Shown here: positions 28,476 through 39,139 of the stretch, one piece after another
Layout of the letters: every line of letters begins with the position of its first letter
Position numbering within the stretch: the first letter of the stretch is position 1
Origin: Savitreella phatthalungensis
Taxonomy: Eukaryota
Direction: 5' to 3'
Length of the DNA stretch: 64,000 nt
NCBI GenBank assembly: GCA_051599415.1
Contig: AP039701.1
Location: 1 to 64,000, forward strand
Made by a program: the position numbers and the translations under genes
Notes under the pieces: model-generated
What the model was told of the DNA's origin: nothing
The model's database searches: none
Seen by the model: only the letters and a program-made list of their open reading frames with translations

Positions 28476-30827
28476 ATGGCCTCAGAAGCCCTTGCCAGGC
28501 TGTCTTTGAATGATCAGCAGGCTAAAGAGGCACAGAAGAAGCCAAAATTGCTGGAGGCAATCGAGCTCGTCGTACCAGATGCGCATATCGACAGGAACCA
28601 GGCGTCCTTACTCATGTCGCTGGCAACGGCTCAGAGTAAGGCCGATGTGCCTGGGAGGGAGTATATTGTAGGTGCAATTATGGATGATCGATTGAAGAGT
28701 CAGACGCAGTTGGATGCAGCTGTCAAGTTCTGTGCTACACGGAAAACTCCAGACGACGCAGCGTTCGATGAGGCCTGCGGAGTCGGCATCACCGTGACGG
28801 AGGACGATGTTGCAACAGTTCTGAAAGAGCGTGTAGAAAAGGACCGCGATCTACTGCTCCGGGATCGCTACAAGGCCTTGCCAACATTACTACGAGATGT
28901 GCGTGCAGACGAACGACTTCGCTGGGCGAACCTTGCGCCGCTCAAGGGTATGGTTGATTCGGCTTTGCTGGCGTTGCTTGGCCCAAAAGATGAACGAGAC
29001 GCACCACCAAAGAAGGTTAAAAAGCCCGTCGCCGCTGAAAAGGCGGCGCCCACGGCGACTAGCACGGTAGACACGATTACGAATGTCTTCACGACTGGTT
29101 TCCTGGGCGCATTGCACAAGGTAGGTGAAAATCCTCAGATCAACGAGAGTCTGCGGCGCGCGCATCTCGATGCCGTCAATGGTAAAGTTCATACACGTTT
29201 CCCGCCCGAGCCGAACGGATATCTCCACATCGGTCATGCAAAGGCGATCCTCGTAAACTTTGGCTTTGCAAGGCAGCACGACGGTGTATGCTATCTGCGG
29301 TTCGACGACACGAATCCGGAAAAGGAAGAGGAGAAGTACTTCACGGCCATAGAGGAGATTGTCTCATGGCTGGGTTTTGTGCCCTGGAAGATCACTTATT
29401 CGAGCGACTACTTCCAGGAGCTATACGATCTCGCAGAAGAGCTAATTCGACGCGACAAGGCCTACACATGCACTTGTACAGACGAACAGATCAAGCGCAA
29501 TCGTGGTGGGGAGGAACGGGGGCCTCGCGTGGCATGTGAACACCGCAGCAAGCCTACAGAGCAATCTCTGGCAGAGTTTCGGGACATGCGCGATCGGAAG
29601 TACCGACCGAAGAGCATCATTCTGCGCATGAAGCAAGATCTTGAGGACGGCAATCCGCAGATGTGGGATCTGATAGCATATAGAGTGCTCGACACGCCGC
29701 ATCACCGTACTGCTGATAAATGGGCGATTTACCCCACCTACGACTTCACGCACTGTCTGGTGGATTCTATGGAGAATATCACCCATTCTCTTTGCACTAC
29801 GGAGTTCGTGCAGAGCCGAGTCTCGTACGAATGGCTGTGCGATGCGCTCGAGGTCTACAAGCCTGCACAGCGAGAGTACGGCAGACTCGCGCTCCAGGGT
29901 ACTGTCATGTCAAAGCGCCGAATCGAGAAGCTCGTGACGGGAGGCTACGTACGCGATTGGAATGATCCGCGTCTTTACACGCTCGTTGCACTTCGCCGCA
30001 GAGGCATTCCGCCTGGTGCCATTCTCTCCTTCGCCGGTCAGCTCGGCGTCACAACGGCAGTCACACAGATCCAGACGTCAAAGCTTGAAAATGTTGTGCG
30101 CGACTACCTCGAGCACTCCGTGCCGCGCCTCATGATGGTGCTCGAGCCGGTGCTTGTCGAGCTCGAGAATGTTAAGGAGGATTTCCTCGAGTGGTGCAAC
30201 GTCCCATTCGCGGCCAAAGATGATTCGATGGGTGTTCACGAGCTACCATTGACGAAACGCTTCTTCATCGATCGTTCGGACTTCCGTGAGGAGGATTCTG
30301 CAGACTTTTTCAGGCTTGCGCCGGGCAAGACGGTTGGTTTGTTGCGCGCAAAGTATCCCGTGCGTGCAGTCGCCTTCGAAAGGGGCCAAGACGGGCAGGT
30401 GGCCAGGATAACTGCCCGGTACGAGCATGATGTGCCATTTGCAAAGCCACAAGCTTACATCCAGTGGGTGGCGGATGCGCCTGCCCATGGCTCGCCCATT
30501 CGTTTGTCCGAGGTTCGCTGTCATGGCGGCTTATTCAAGAGCGACGATCCGATGAGCCACCCTGATGGTTTCCTCGCGGACATCAATCCCGACTCCGAGG
30601 TCGTGGTGCGTGGAGCTCTGATCGAGCGTGGTTACACCGAGATCGCTCGCAGCGCACCTTGGCCGAAGCCGGTGTCGAGAATTGAGGGCAAGGACGATGC
30701 AAAGGCTCCAGAATCTGTTCGTTTCCAGGCGATCCGCATCGGATACTTCTGTCAGGACTCGGACTCTTCTCCTAATAGCCTCGTGCTGAACCGCATCGTC
30801 ACGCTCAAGGAGGACAAAGCTAGATGA
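28476..30827 (+). CDS. GLN4: Glutaminyl-tRNA synthetase
   Basis: TRFPPEPNGYLHIGHAKA; LRFDDTNP; THSLCTTEF; VMSKR; eukaryotic N-terminal appended domain. Confidence 0.97.
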   Translation: MASEALARLSLNDQQAKEAQKKPKLLEAIELVVPDAHIDRNQASLLMSLATAQSKADVPGREYIVGAIMDDRLKSQTQLDAAVKFCATRKTPDDAAFDEACGVGITVTEDDVATVLKERVEKDRDLLLRDRYKALPTLLRDVRADERLRWANLAPLKGMVDSALLALLGPKDERDAPPKKVKKPVAAEKAAPTATSTVDTITNVFTTGFLGALHKVGENPQINESLRRAHLDAVNGKVHTRFPPEPNGYLHIGHAKAILVNFGFARQHDGVCYLRFDDTNPEKEEEKYFTAIEEIVSWLGFVPWKITYSSDYFQELYDLAEELIRRDKAYTCTCTDEQIKRNRGGEERGPRVACEHRSKPTEQSLAEFRDMRDRKYRPKSIILRMKQDLEDGNPQMWDLIAYRVLDTPHHRTADKWAIYPTYDFTHCLVDSMENITHSLCTTEFVQSRVSYEWLCDALEVYKPAQREYGRLALQGTVMSKRRIEKLVTGGYVRDWNDPRLYTLVALRRRGIPPGAILSFAGQLGVTTAVTQIQTSKLENVVRDYLEHSVPRLMMVLEPVLVELENVKEDFLEWCNVPFAAKDDSMGVHELPLTKRFFIDRSDFREEDSADFFRLAPGKTVGLLRAKYPVRAVAFERGQDGQVARITARYEHDVPFAKPQAYIQWVADAPAHGSPIRLSEVRCHGGLFKSDDPMSHPDGFLADINPDSEVVVRGALIERGYTEIARSAPWPKPVSRIEGKDDAKAPESVRFQAIRIGYFCQDSDSSPNSLVLNRIVTLKEDKAR

Positions 30828-30875
30828 TAATAGATTCCAGGCTAAATTTACAGGATTGCCAGGATGTGTCATTGG

Positions 30876-32114
30876 TCAAGTTTTTGGTGCGTAGACGACT
30901 GGGTCCGTCACGGCCACTGTGGCCGACCAGTCCGTCTCAGGTGTCGAGTGTTTTTTAGGCTTCGAAACGACACGCATCTCGAGGTCGCGATGCCGTTTTT
31001 GCCGAACGAGCAGGGTCCACATTTCGTCAGGCTTGAGCATGATGACGACAAAGAGGATGGAGAATGCAATGACGAAGAAATAGCCGCCAGCGTAAATGTC
31101 GTACTTGAAGACAGAGTGGTAGATTGTGCTGCAGACATCCGGCCTGTCCTGGTTCTCTGCGATACACTTGACCCACTTCGGGGCCAAATCAGCATATGCT
31201 TTTGACAGCCGCCCATCATCGTCGTAGGCTGACGGTGCAAAGTAGAAAGCGGAGATGAACAGCAGAGTACCGAGAAGATTCAGCGTGGTCAGCACGATTG
31301 GCCGCCAGAATAGCTTGGCTGTCCGAACGATTGGCATATGGGAAGCACTGCTAGTGGTGGACTGAGAGCCGTCGAGCGGCATTCTGGAGAATCGCCATGC
31401 TATGCCCGCGAACGTGCCTAGCTGAATGAGAGCTGTCAAGAGGTCAATCACAGCGTATGGCACCTTGATGATCCAGAGCTGCGGTTTCCCAAGCGCTGGT
31501 TGGCAGGAAGGACCAATGATGAACTGCTGATATTTGATGCCGCTGAGGGCGAAGATCAAAGGAACACCCAGACTGACCAGTGCTGGGATCCATTGTCGCT
31601 CATAGAGCTTCTTCGAGTAGACGACAGCGAGATGAGTGTCGAGTGCCCAAAGGAGGAATCCCATGCGCTGTCCAATAACGCCAAAAACGTACAGGAAGCC
31701 GCTAGCCGCACAACGCTTGACCCGTGATCCAACGGCAAATGTGATGTCGTCGTAACATCCTGTCGCGGCGAGCTCTGATTCCGTGAGAGAGAATGTGAAT
31801 GCTGTGCAGAAGACAATCGAGCAGATGGCGATCGAGGCTGTGTGCACGTTACAGGTTGTTGCGCTCTTTGGTAGACACGTATACACAAGCAGAAGCCCTG
31901 CGAGGAAAACAATGGCGACAATGGCAATAATGCCGAGCCTTGTGATCGCGTCAAAGTACCACTGACCGTAGAACGGCTTTGCAATCGGACATGGCAAGCA
32001 CGCGATTTGGCCGAAGCAGGCTTGCGCTGTGGAGATGTCACTGTAAGGATGTGCCGAAGGATGCCATGGCAAGAGCGGTGCTAGAAGCGACCCATTGGCC
32101 GAGAAGATGGACAT
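30876..32114 (-). CDS. Fungal 7-TM GPCR-like receptor (GprM / family-2-like class)
   Basis: ACLPCP N-terminal motif; CYDDIT..CAASG extracellular loop; ~7 hydrophobic segments; WVKCI...C in last loop. Confidence 0.7.
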   Translation of the reverse strand: MSIFSANGSLLAPLLPWHPSAHPYSDISTAQACFGQIACLPCPIAKPFYGQWYFDAITRLGIIAIVAIVFLAGLLLVYTCLPKSATTCNVHTASIAICSIVFCTAFTFSLTESELAATGCYDDITFAVGSRVKRCAASGFLYVFGVIGQRMGFLLWALDTHLAVVYSKKLYERQWIPALVSLGVPLIFALSGIKYQQFIIGPSCQPALGKPQLWIIKVPYAVIDLLTALIQLGTFAGIAWRFSRMPLDGSQSTTSSASHMPIVRTAKLFWRPIVLTTLNLLGTLLFISAFYFAPSAYDDDGRLSKAYADLAPKWVKCIAENQDRPDVCSTIYHSVFKYDIYAGGYFFVIAFSILFVVIMLKPDEMWTLLVRQKRHRDLEMRVVSKPKKHSTPETDWSATVAVTDPVVYAPKT

Positions 32115-33813
32115 GTACCTGAATTACAGTCGCAGCAAACGCAGTGGAAATTCAGCCCTTCTCCCCCCTTCGGTGCTTACCCGTATGTTGTGTCGTCGCG
32201 ATGCTTTTGACTGGAGGCTCTCCGCTGGGAATACTTAAAGAGATGATCAGTGCAGTGCTTATTCTATACAGATGTGCAGACGATCTGGCACAAGGCGAAC
32301 TGAAGGGTGCTGATGACAAGAGGAAAGCGGATGTCCCAGGACTTGACGGATAGTCCGAAGAAATATGGAGTAAGGGAGCACCGATTGACCTCGCGATCAA
32401 CCTCTAGGTCTCACTTTGTCTTACCTGCGGTCGCTATCAGACAGGGCAAGATGATTGAGTAGGTTGAGCGGCGAAAGGCAGATAGATTGACAGGTACGTT
32501 ACTTTGGTTGTTTTGTGGACTTTCAACTCCAGAGCTAGAGCCAACGCTAGAGCTGGAGCTGGAGCTGGAGTGAACGCGTTGTTGAATTCGGATCGATGAA
32601 AGCGGATGGCTACGTACGTTATACGCCTTGAAAGCCAGAACAGTCCGGATGTTGTCTAGCTAATTCAAATAGATCGGCTTTACTGACCCTGGACACCTTG
32701 TTGTCAAACTGGAATAACTGCATGAGGAGGAAAGTATTGAATGGTGAGAGAACTTTTGGTTATTTGGCTTGTTTGAAGGTCAATTCGCAAAGTCTCTTCA
32801 GAGTCGTATTTGACCATGCCCAATCGCTCAATCCAGAATCAGCTTGCTTCCAATCAGAGAATCTAACAACTCTGATCTTCGTGCTTTTCCAATTCGATCG
32901 ACTTTCTTATTAGCCTAGTCGATGAATTAATTATATGCACATTGAAAAAGTCCTTGACAAGGAGATATCTATTCTGGCCAAGGTTGGATTCTCGCTCCCA
33001 AACTCCACTTTGGGGCAGTGTGGATCGAGATGGTGTCGTTACGAGATGTTTCAGAATTCATCAGACTAAAAAACCTAGACTGAATGGAGTCAGTTCACAT
33101 CGAAGAGGATCTCAACAAGTCGGATATATCAAGCGATCATCGAAAGGATAGCTAGAGTATAATTACTCCATACAGCTCTCTACCACGAATTCAGTCAACG
33201 TACAGTACAGCTTTTGACAAATCGGGACAGAGCAAAGCGGCAATCATGTCATCAATCGATCAGCGGGAAACTCTTGTCGAAATATAATTCAAGTTAAATT
33301 TGATATATTCATAGATCTCGACATGATCATCGAGTTACTATGAGCTGCCGTAGTGGACCTCTTTGAGATCGACGTCCTTCTCACTCTCCGTCTCACTCTC
33401 CTTCTCCCTCAAGATGAAGAAGATATATAGGGGTCAGGCGGCTATTCACCAGTCTCCGAAGTCATGCCTGCTAGTCTAGACAGACCCATCCAGACTGCAT
33501 TCATGGACTCAAGGAATTTCTAATCTACATCCATTTTTGTGTATCCATGTACGTACACATGTATGCTTTTTTGGTCGACTGGGCAACAGCGAAGCAAATC
33601 ATGTGTGGCGTGTATCCGATCTTCGAATTGACGTTTCAAGCTTGGCGCATGGTATCGTCCACGTGCATCGATTAGAATTATTGGAAAGAAAACATGTGAT
33701 GGCTATTGCTTCGGCAGTCGCCGACCCCACACTCAGTATCCTTGCTCAGCAGTATATATGATTACCCTTTCCTGTAGAGTGTTTGAGAGGACCGACCGTC
33801 CTACTTTGAAAAA

Positions 33814-35670
33814 ATGAGACCGATTCGGATCTGCGGTGTATCCGGCTTCGCGGGTGACTCACCCGAGTTGATGATTCGCAACGTCGAGGCAGGTGCACTC
33901 GATGCCGTCATCGGGGATAGTCTAGCAGAATTCAATACTGCCATACCGAAGCTCATTGAAGGTCATCCAGGCTATGAGGCAAACTTCATGGCTGCCGTCA
34001 AGCTCGCATTGCCTTCCCTTGCCAAGCACAAGGTCAAGGTGGTTTCTGACGGCGGATCCACCAATCCTCGCGGTGCAGCGGAACAGATTGAGGCATGGAT
34101 CAAGGAAGGAGGCTTCGATCTAAAGGTTGCATACGTACAAGGTGACGACGTTTTGGCAGGCGTAAATGACGCGTTGGCAGATGGCAGCTTGGGACATCTC
34201 GATGGCTGGAACGACAACGTTGCCCACGATAACGAATCGCAGAAATCGCTCGACGAACTTCGAAAGCATAACCTGCTTGCGGCAAACGCATACCTCGGCA
34301 GCAGGGGCATAGCAACAGCGCTACGGGAAGGCGCGGACATTGTGGTCTGTGGTCGTGTCGCAGACGCTTCGTTAGTCGTCGGTCTCGCAACCTGGTGGCA
34401 CGATTGGCGTGACGATAATTGGGATTCCCTTGCCGCAGCACTGGTCGCCGGTCATTTGATCGAATGTTCAGGCTACGGCAGTGGCGGCAATTTTTCCGGA
34501 TTCGAGGACGTCAGACCTGTCGACAACCTCATAGATATTGGTATGCCGATCGCCGAGATCGCGCATGACGGCACTGTCATCATCACGAAGCATCAAGACT
34601 TGCCTGGCCACATCGATCGGAGCGTGGTGGCATGTCAGCTTCTCTACGAGCTGCAAGGATCAGTCTACCTCAATAGCGACGTTACGGCCGACCTTGACGA
34701 CATCGCGATTGATAATGACGGGCCAAACCGTGTGCGTGTAACCGGCATCAAAGGACGACCACCACCACCGACAACAAAGGTTGCTTGCTTCTACGTCGCG
34801 GGCTTCCAGACCGAGTACATGATCTCGGTCACGGGTAGTAACGCAGCTGCTAAGGCGCAGCTCTTCAGACGGCAGTGCGACTACAGGCTCGAGAAAGCTG
34901 GGATCCGCAACAAACTTCTCCTGCACGCGGTGCAAGAGTATGGCAGGCCTGTTCCAAACGCGGCCAGCCAGTTTGCGGGTACATGCTTCCTACGCGTGCT
35001 GATTCAGGCGCAAACCGCAGAGCTGGTAGCCCATACTATCCGATTGCACCATACTATTGGTCTCGAGCATTTCAGCGGGTACGCTTCAAGTCTCATGACA
35101 AATCCAGCTGCCGTCGTTCCGAGACCGTTCCTGGGATACTATCCTGGCCTTTGGCCGCAGGCCAAAATTACGCAGACCGCCACAGTCAATGGCAAGACAA
35201 TCTCAATACAGCCGCCGGCCATCACTGAGCCACTGCGCCCCGTTGTCTCGTACGATCCCAAAAAGCCTTGGCAGGCGGGCCAAAACGACGTTACCGTCGA
35301 GCTCGGCAGGATCGCCCTCGCTCGAAGCGGTGACAAGGGCGGCAACATCAATATTGGTTTATTCCCGCGCTCCGATCCCCAAGATCCGCTCGGAAGACCT
35401 AGCCAGGCACATTGGGAATGGTTACGCGACTACATGACGTTGGCGCGGATGCAAGAACTCATCGGCGAAGATTGGCGTGAAGAATACAGCCTAGAGCGCG
35501 TCGAGCTGCCGAACTTGCGTGCAGTCCACTTCGTCGTCTACGGCATTCTCGGCAGGGGTGTCACATCAGCACCCGTGCTTGACAATCTGGGCAAAGGTTT
35601 CGCTGACTGGATCCGCAGCCGTCACGTTCAGGTTCCATCGGAATTGTTAGGAAGCAGCAGCAAACTTTGA
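33814..35670 (+). CDS. AtuA-like (DUF1446) acyclic-terpene-utilisation family protein
   Basis: IRICGVSGFAGD; ANAYLG; GADIVVCGRVADAS; AGHLIECSGY.SGGNF; QLLYELQG..YLNSDV; ARSGDKGGNINIG. Confidence 0.9.
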   Translation: MRPIRICGVSGFAGDSPELMIRNVEAGALDAVIGDSLAEFNTAIPKLIEGHPGYEANFMAAVKLALPSLAKHKVKVVSDGGSTNPRGAAEQIEAWIKEGGFDLKVAYVQGDDVLAGVNDALADGSLGHLDGWNDNVAHDNESQKSLDELRKHNLLAANAYLGSRGIATALREGADIVVCGRVADASLVVGLATWWHDWRDDNWDSLAAALVAGHLIECSGYGSGGNFSGFEDVRPVDNLIDIGMPIAEIAHDGTVIITKHQDLPGHIDRSVVACQLLYELQGSVYLNSDVTADLDDIAIDNDGPNRVRVTGIKGRPPPPTTKVACFYVAGFQTEYMISVTGSNAAAKAQLFRRQCDYRLEKAGIRNKLLLHAVQEYGRPVPNAASQFAGTCFLRVLIQAQTAELVAHTIRLHHTIGLEHFSGYASSLMTNPAAVVPRPFLGYYPGLWPQAKITQTATVNGKTISIQPPAITEPLRPVVSYDPKKPWQAGQNDVTVELGRIALARSGDKGGNINIGLFPRSDPQDPLGRPSQAHWEWLRDYMTLARMQELIGEDWREEYSLERVELPNLRAVHFVVYGILGRGVTSAPVLDNLGKGFADWIRSRHVQVPSELLGSSSKL

Positions 35671-35688
35671 TGACCTGTTCTACTTAGA

Positions 35689-37443
35689 CTAAGACACGAG
35701 ATCCACCGCCACTGACTTGACTGTGACTTGTCCACCAAGTGCCTTTGTGGCATGAGTACCGACGCAGAAGCGATAGCCAGTGAAGGAATAATAATACTTC
35801 GTGAGTGACACGCTACTGCCGAGCGCTTGGAAGCTCGTTCCGTCGGTCGAGTATGCGTAACTGCCTGATGCGCTGCCAGAGGGGGCCACGTCAGCGATGG
35901 CCCTTAGCCACACCGTCTGCCCACTGAAGGCCGCAGACGCGCCATCTGTGCCGGCGGAGACGACCTTGTAACTGCTGTGGTCATAGGTGATACCGGTCCG
36001 GACCGTGAGCTTGCCGTCAGCCACCGCGATATAGGATGACACGTCGCGGAAAAGGCTCACGAAGGCTCTGTCGCCTGCAGCCACCCGGGAGACGTCAAGT
36101 TGAACCGTCGTCTGACTCTTCGGGCCAGCCGTCCGCCAGCAGAGTGTATTGCGCGCATGCAGCATATTGTCTGTCGTTGTCGCTGCGGTGAGAACCAGCC
36201 CGCCGCTGCCCCAGGAGATCTTCGACTCATCCGGATTGTGATTCCATTCAAATCGAGCATCGTATGCTGTCATATCGGATTTCCAGCTGAGTGGCGTGGA
36301 GCCTCCTCCCCCATACGGCGTCTCCACGGTCGCAGGACAGCTGGCTTGATCTTTCAGGACGGGCCAGTCATCGACCCAGGACATCGGCATCACGTTGAAA
36401 ATGCGACCGCACGGCCATGTGTCGCCAAAGCCAATGTACCAGTCGTGTGTTCCGTCTGACACCCATCCACCCTGATGAGGCTTGTTCGCGCGCGGTATCG
36501 GATTGGATACTGACGCAAACACCTTTCCTTGTGACTCCCATCCTGTCCAAATTGACTTGGAGCGATAGACCCATTCTTGCATGGCTCCGGGGTCGTCACC
36601 GAAGATGTAATAGAAGTCGCCACGTTTGTACAGGTGGGTTCCTTCTACGCTGTGGCCGTGATCGATGTATACTTGCTCAAACTTGACGAGCGACCGAAGG
36701 TCATTCGAGATTTGTCCGATTGAGAATGTCGTCGAGCCGGACTGGCGGCTGTTGGTCACCAAATACGTGCCGGTCGAGTCAAATAAGAGCCCACAGTCGT
36801 AGAAGCACTTGTCGAGCTTCGAAACGAGCTTCCACGGTCCTTCCAGTTTGTCGGCTGCGTAGAAAAAGGTTGTTCGGAACGCAATACAACCAGCCCAGAC
36901 CCAACGTCCATTGCTACTGTCGTACCTCAGTGAGCTCGCCCACGTCCCGCCGACGTAGGCGGTCTGGTCGCCCTGAAGATCGTATCCCGGATTCAAAGTG
37001 GTGGTGTCAAAGTTTGGGACTGAGTGACCAACGATTTGCCAATTTGCCAGGTCTTTGGAGACAAGGACTGGCGCCGATGGACTGAAATGGAAAGAACTGG
37101 CTGAGATGACAAATTGACCAGTCGTGTTATCAAAGACTGGATCGACATCAGGAATGTCGACATAGAAAGGTGGGTTCCGAAGTGCTCCCCCACCAGTGCT
37201 CGGGGCATCCGAGACGGATTTAGGCGCATTCGTGACAGGCGCCGCTGCATCCGAGGGAGGATCAGTGGAAGCAGCGGGAGGTTGTGCGAGCACTGGAGTT
37301 GCTTGCGGCACAGACTTTGAAATGGAGAGGTCTGTCACCATTGAAGACAGACCTGGGGTTGGGCGGCTCGGGCCCGGGCATCGGGACGCACAAACCAGTG
37401 CGTCGACTAGCGGGTTAATCAGCAATAGCAAAGGTGCAACCAT
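35689..37443 (-). CDS. Secreted glycoside hydrolase family 43 (beta-xylosidase/arabinofuranosidase) with C-terminal ConA-like domain
   Basis: Signal-like N-terminus, P/S/T linker; NPPF..IPD..; SASSFHFSP..PVLVSKDLANW..VGHSVP; WASSLRY; YDCGLLFD; EGTHLYK; PHQGG; EWNHNPD. Confidence 0.92.
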   Translation of the reverse strand: MVAPLLLLINPLVDALVCASRCPGPSRPTPGLSSMVTDLSISKSVPQATPVLAQPPAASTDPPSDAAAPVTNAPKSVSDAPSTGGGALRNPPFYVDIPDVDPVFDNTTGQFVISASSFHFSPSAPVLVSKDLANWQIVGHSVPNFDTTTLNPGYDLQGDQTAYVGGTWASSLRYDSSNGRWVWAGCIAFRTTFFYAADKLEGPWKLVSKLDKCFYDCGLLFDSTGTYLVTNSRQSGSTTFSIGQISNDLRSLVKFEQVYIDHGHSVEGTHLYKRGDFYYIFGDDPGAMQEWVYRSKSIWTGWESQGKVFASVSNPIPRANKPHQGGWVSDGTHDWYIGFGDTWPCGRIFNVMPMSWVDDWPVLKDQASCPATVETPYGGGGSTPLSWKSDMTAYDARFEWNHNPDESKISWGSGGLVLTAATTTDNMLHARNTLCWRTAGPKSQTTVQLDVSRVAAGDRAFVSLFRDVSSYIAVADGKLTVRTGITYDHSSYKVVSAGTDGASAAFSGQTVWLRAIADVAPSGSASGSYAYSTDGTSFQALGSSVSLTKYYYSFTGYRFCVGTHATKALGGQVTVKSVAVDLVS

Positions 37444-38794
37444 GGCTGCCGGACCTGTGCGGCGGAGATCGCCTTTCTATACTTTGTGAGCTGCTCGACT
37501 TGTTTGCGGCATAGGGCTACGCCTCAGTCATTGCGTGCCTAGCCATGACCCGGTCGATCTGCAACGTGTTGACAAGCTAATAGACAACTTGTCAGCGCGT
37601 GGCTTTCACAACAAGAAATCCTCGGTGCCCAGCATGTTTATATCTTTTAAAACGTGGCAAGCAAATGATCTCGTTCACTAGTAAGATGGGTGCATCAGGG
37701 CTAGTATACTGTTCTACTGGCTTGGAAGGTCAAGCAGCCAATCTCCATCTCGGTCTCGCATGGGGTTAAGACTCATAATGTCGCATGTCAGCTAGAGTGA
37801 ATGCTTAGACGAGCAGAACGTGCAAACACCAAGCAGAACGTTTCAACAAGCTCGAGGCAGACACATTTCCACATAACGTGCTTCCGCCAGCATCTGCTCG
37901 AAAAATGGTGCGCGATCCTGTTCGGCCGAGCATTTGTTGCTGAGTCATCGTCTGAGCCAAGGCGGGCCCTAGAAGCTGGCTATTAGCGCCACAGACATGA
38001 ACAAGGCTCCGTCGCTCGATTGTGTCACTTGTCGGCATAGAATCCCGTCAAAAATCCGCGCATGTCCTGCGAAATGCTCGCGCTTCCCGTTGAACATGCC
38101 AGACTTCTGTGATTCTTTACCTTCGTCGAGCAACCAGAGCTTTCTCATCTGTACCTCCATATGTCATTTGCGGCATGTATAGGCGCTCATACGACCTTCA
38201 GATCAGAACCAGGGATCAGAGCCTGTTTGGAATGTCAAACGGAACGACTGACCAAGGGTGTCATGTATAACGATACTTGTCCCTGGCAGATATCCTAGCG
38301 TGGCTGGGAGATCGTATCATATCGATAGCATCGTCATCGTCGCACAACTTGAAAGACCCGGTGGCATGCGCAATGCTTGCCCGGTGGTCGATCGCGCTGC
38401 CCTGTTGCTCGAGCTGCCCGTCGCTATATAATTATTGATGTATGTCTTCAAGGGACAACGTGGCCCTACCCTGCCACGGTGCTATTCTTACTTGATTTAA
38501 TGGACTGCGGGTGCTAGTAAAATGTATGAGCCCTTCTATCGCCGGAGCGTGGATCGAGTACCAGTGTCTACTTTGTCAGACAGTAAGCGATTGTAGAAGT
38601 CAATGAGGGAGATTTCCCTAAGCTTTGTTTGGCCAAGTGAGCAGTGTCTGTCATTCAAGCGCATCTCGTTCAAGCAATGTGCACGCGTTCGTCTGCACAC
38701 TGCCTAACGCGGCTTTTTGAGACGACAAAAGGGCCTGCCAGAAAATGTGGGGTCATAACCACGACACCAAACTTACACTTTTACACAGCCGGCT

Positions 38795-39038
38795 ATGAGC
38801 GACTCGGACAGGCCTCAGGTAAGACCGACGCTTTCTGTCAGAACCTCGACTGACTGCCAAGCAAAATACCTACAATGGAGCGCCCAGCGTTGGCGAACGC
38901 ATCGTGCCAAAGGATGAGCTCGAATTAGCGAAGAGCACGGACCCCGTGACTGGCGATTCCGAACCAGTGACTGCCCACGAGAAGGCTTTGCAGGAACTGC
39001 GCGCCGATGACAATGAGCCAAAGAGAAGAATTCCGTAG
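38795..39038 (+). CDS. Candidate 66-aa acidic/hydrophilic small protein; intron 38819-38861
   Basis: ATG..CAG|GTAAGA...CTGAC.GCCAAG|CAA; spliced MSDSDRPQQNTYNGAPSVGERIVPKDELELAKSTDPVTGDSEPVTAHEKALQELRADDNEPKRRIP*; 43-nt intron matches others here. Confidence 0.5.
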
Positions 39039-39139
39039 AGTCTGTCACTCGTAATTCGTATCATCTTCCACATGGGTGACAACATTCGGTCATCCAACAA
39101 CGGAGTCATGACCGGCTCCACTCTCCTTGAGGATGACGT

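Noticed and set aside
20931..35670. ERG13 + methylcitrate genes + AtuA-like as a single terpene/acyl-CoA cluster
   Set aside because: They are interspersed with unrelated housekeeping genes, and nothing in the sequence supports co-regulation
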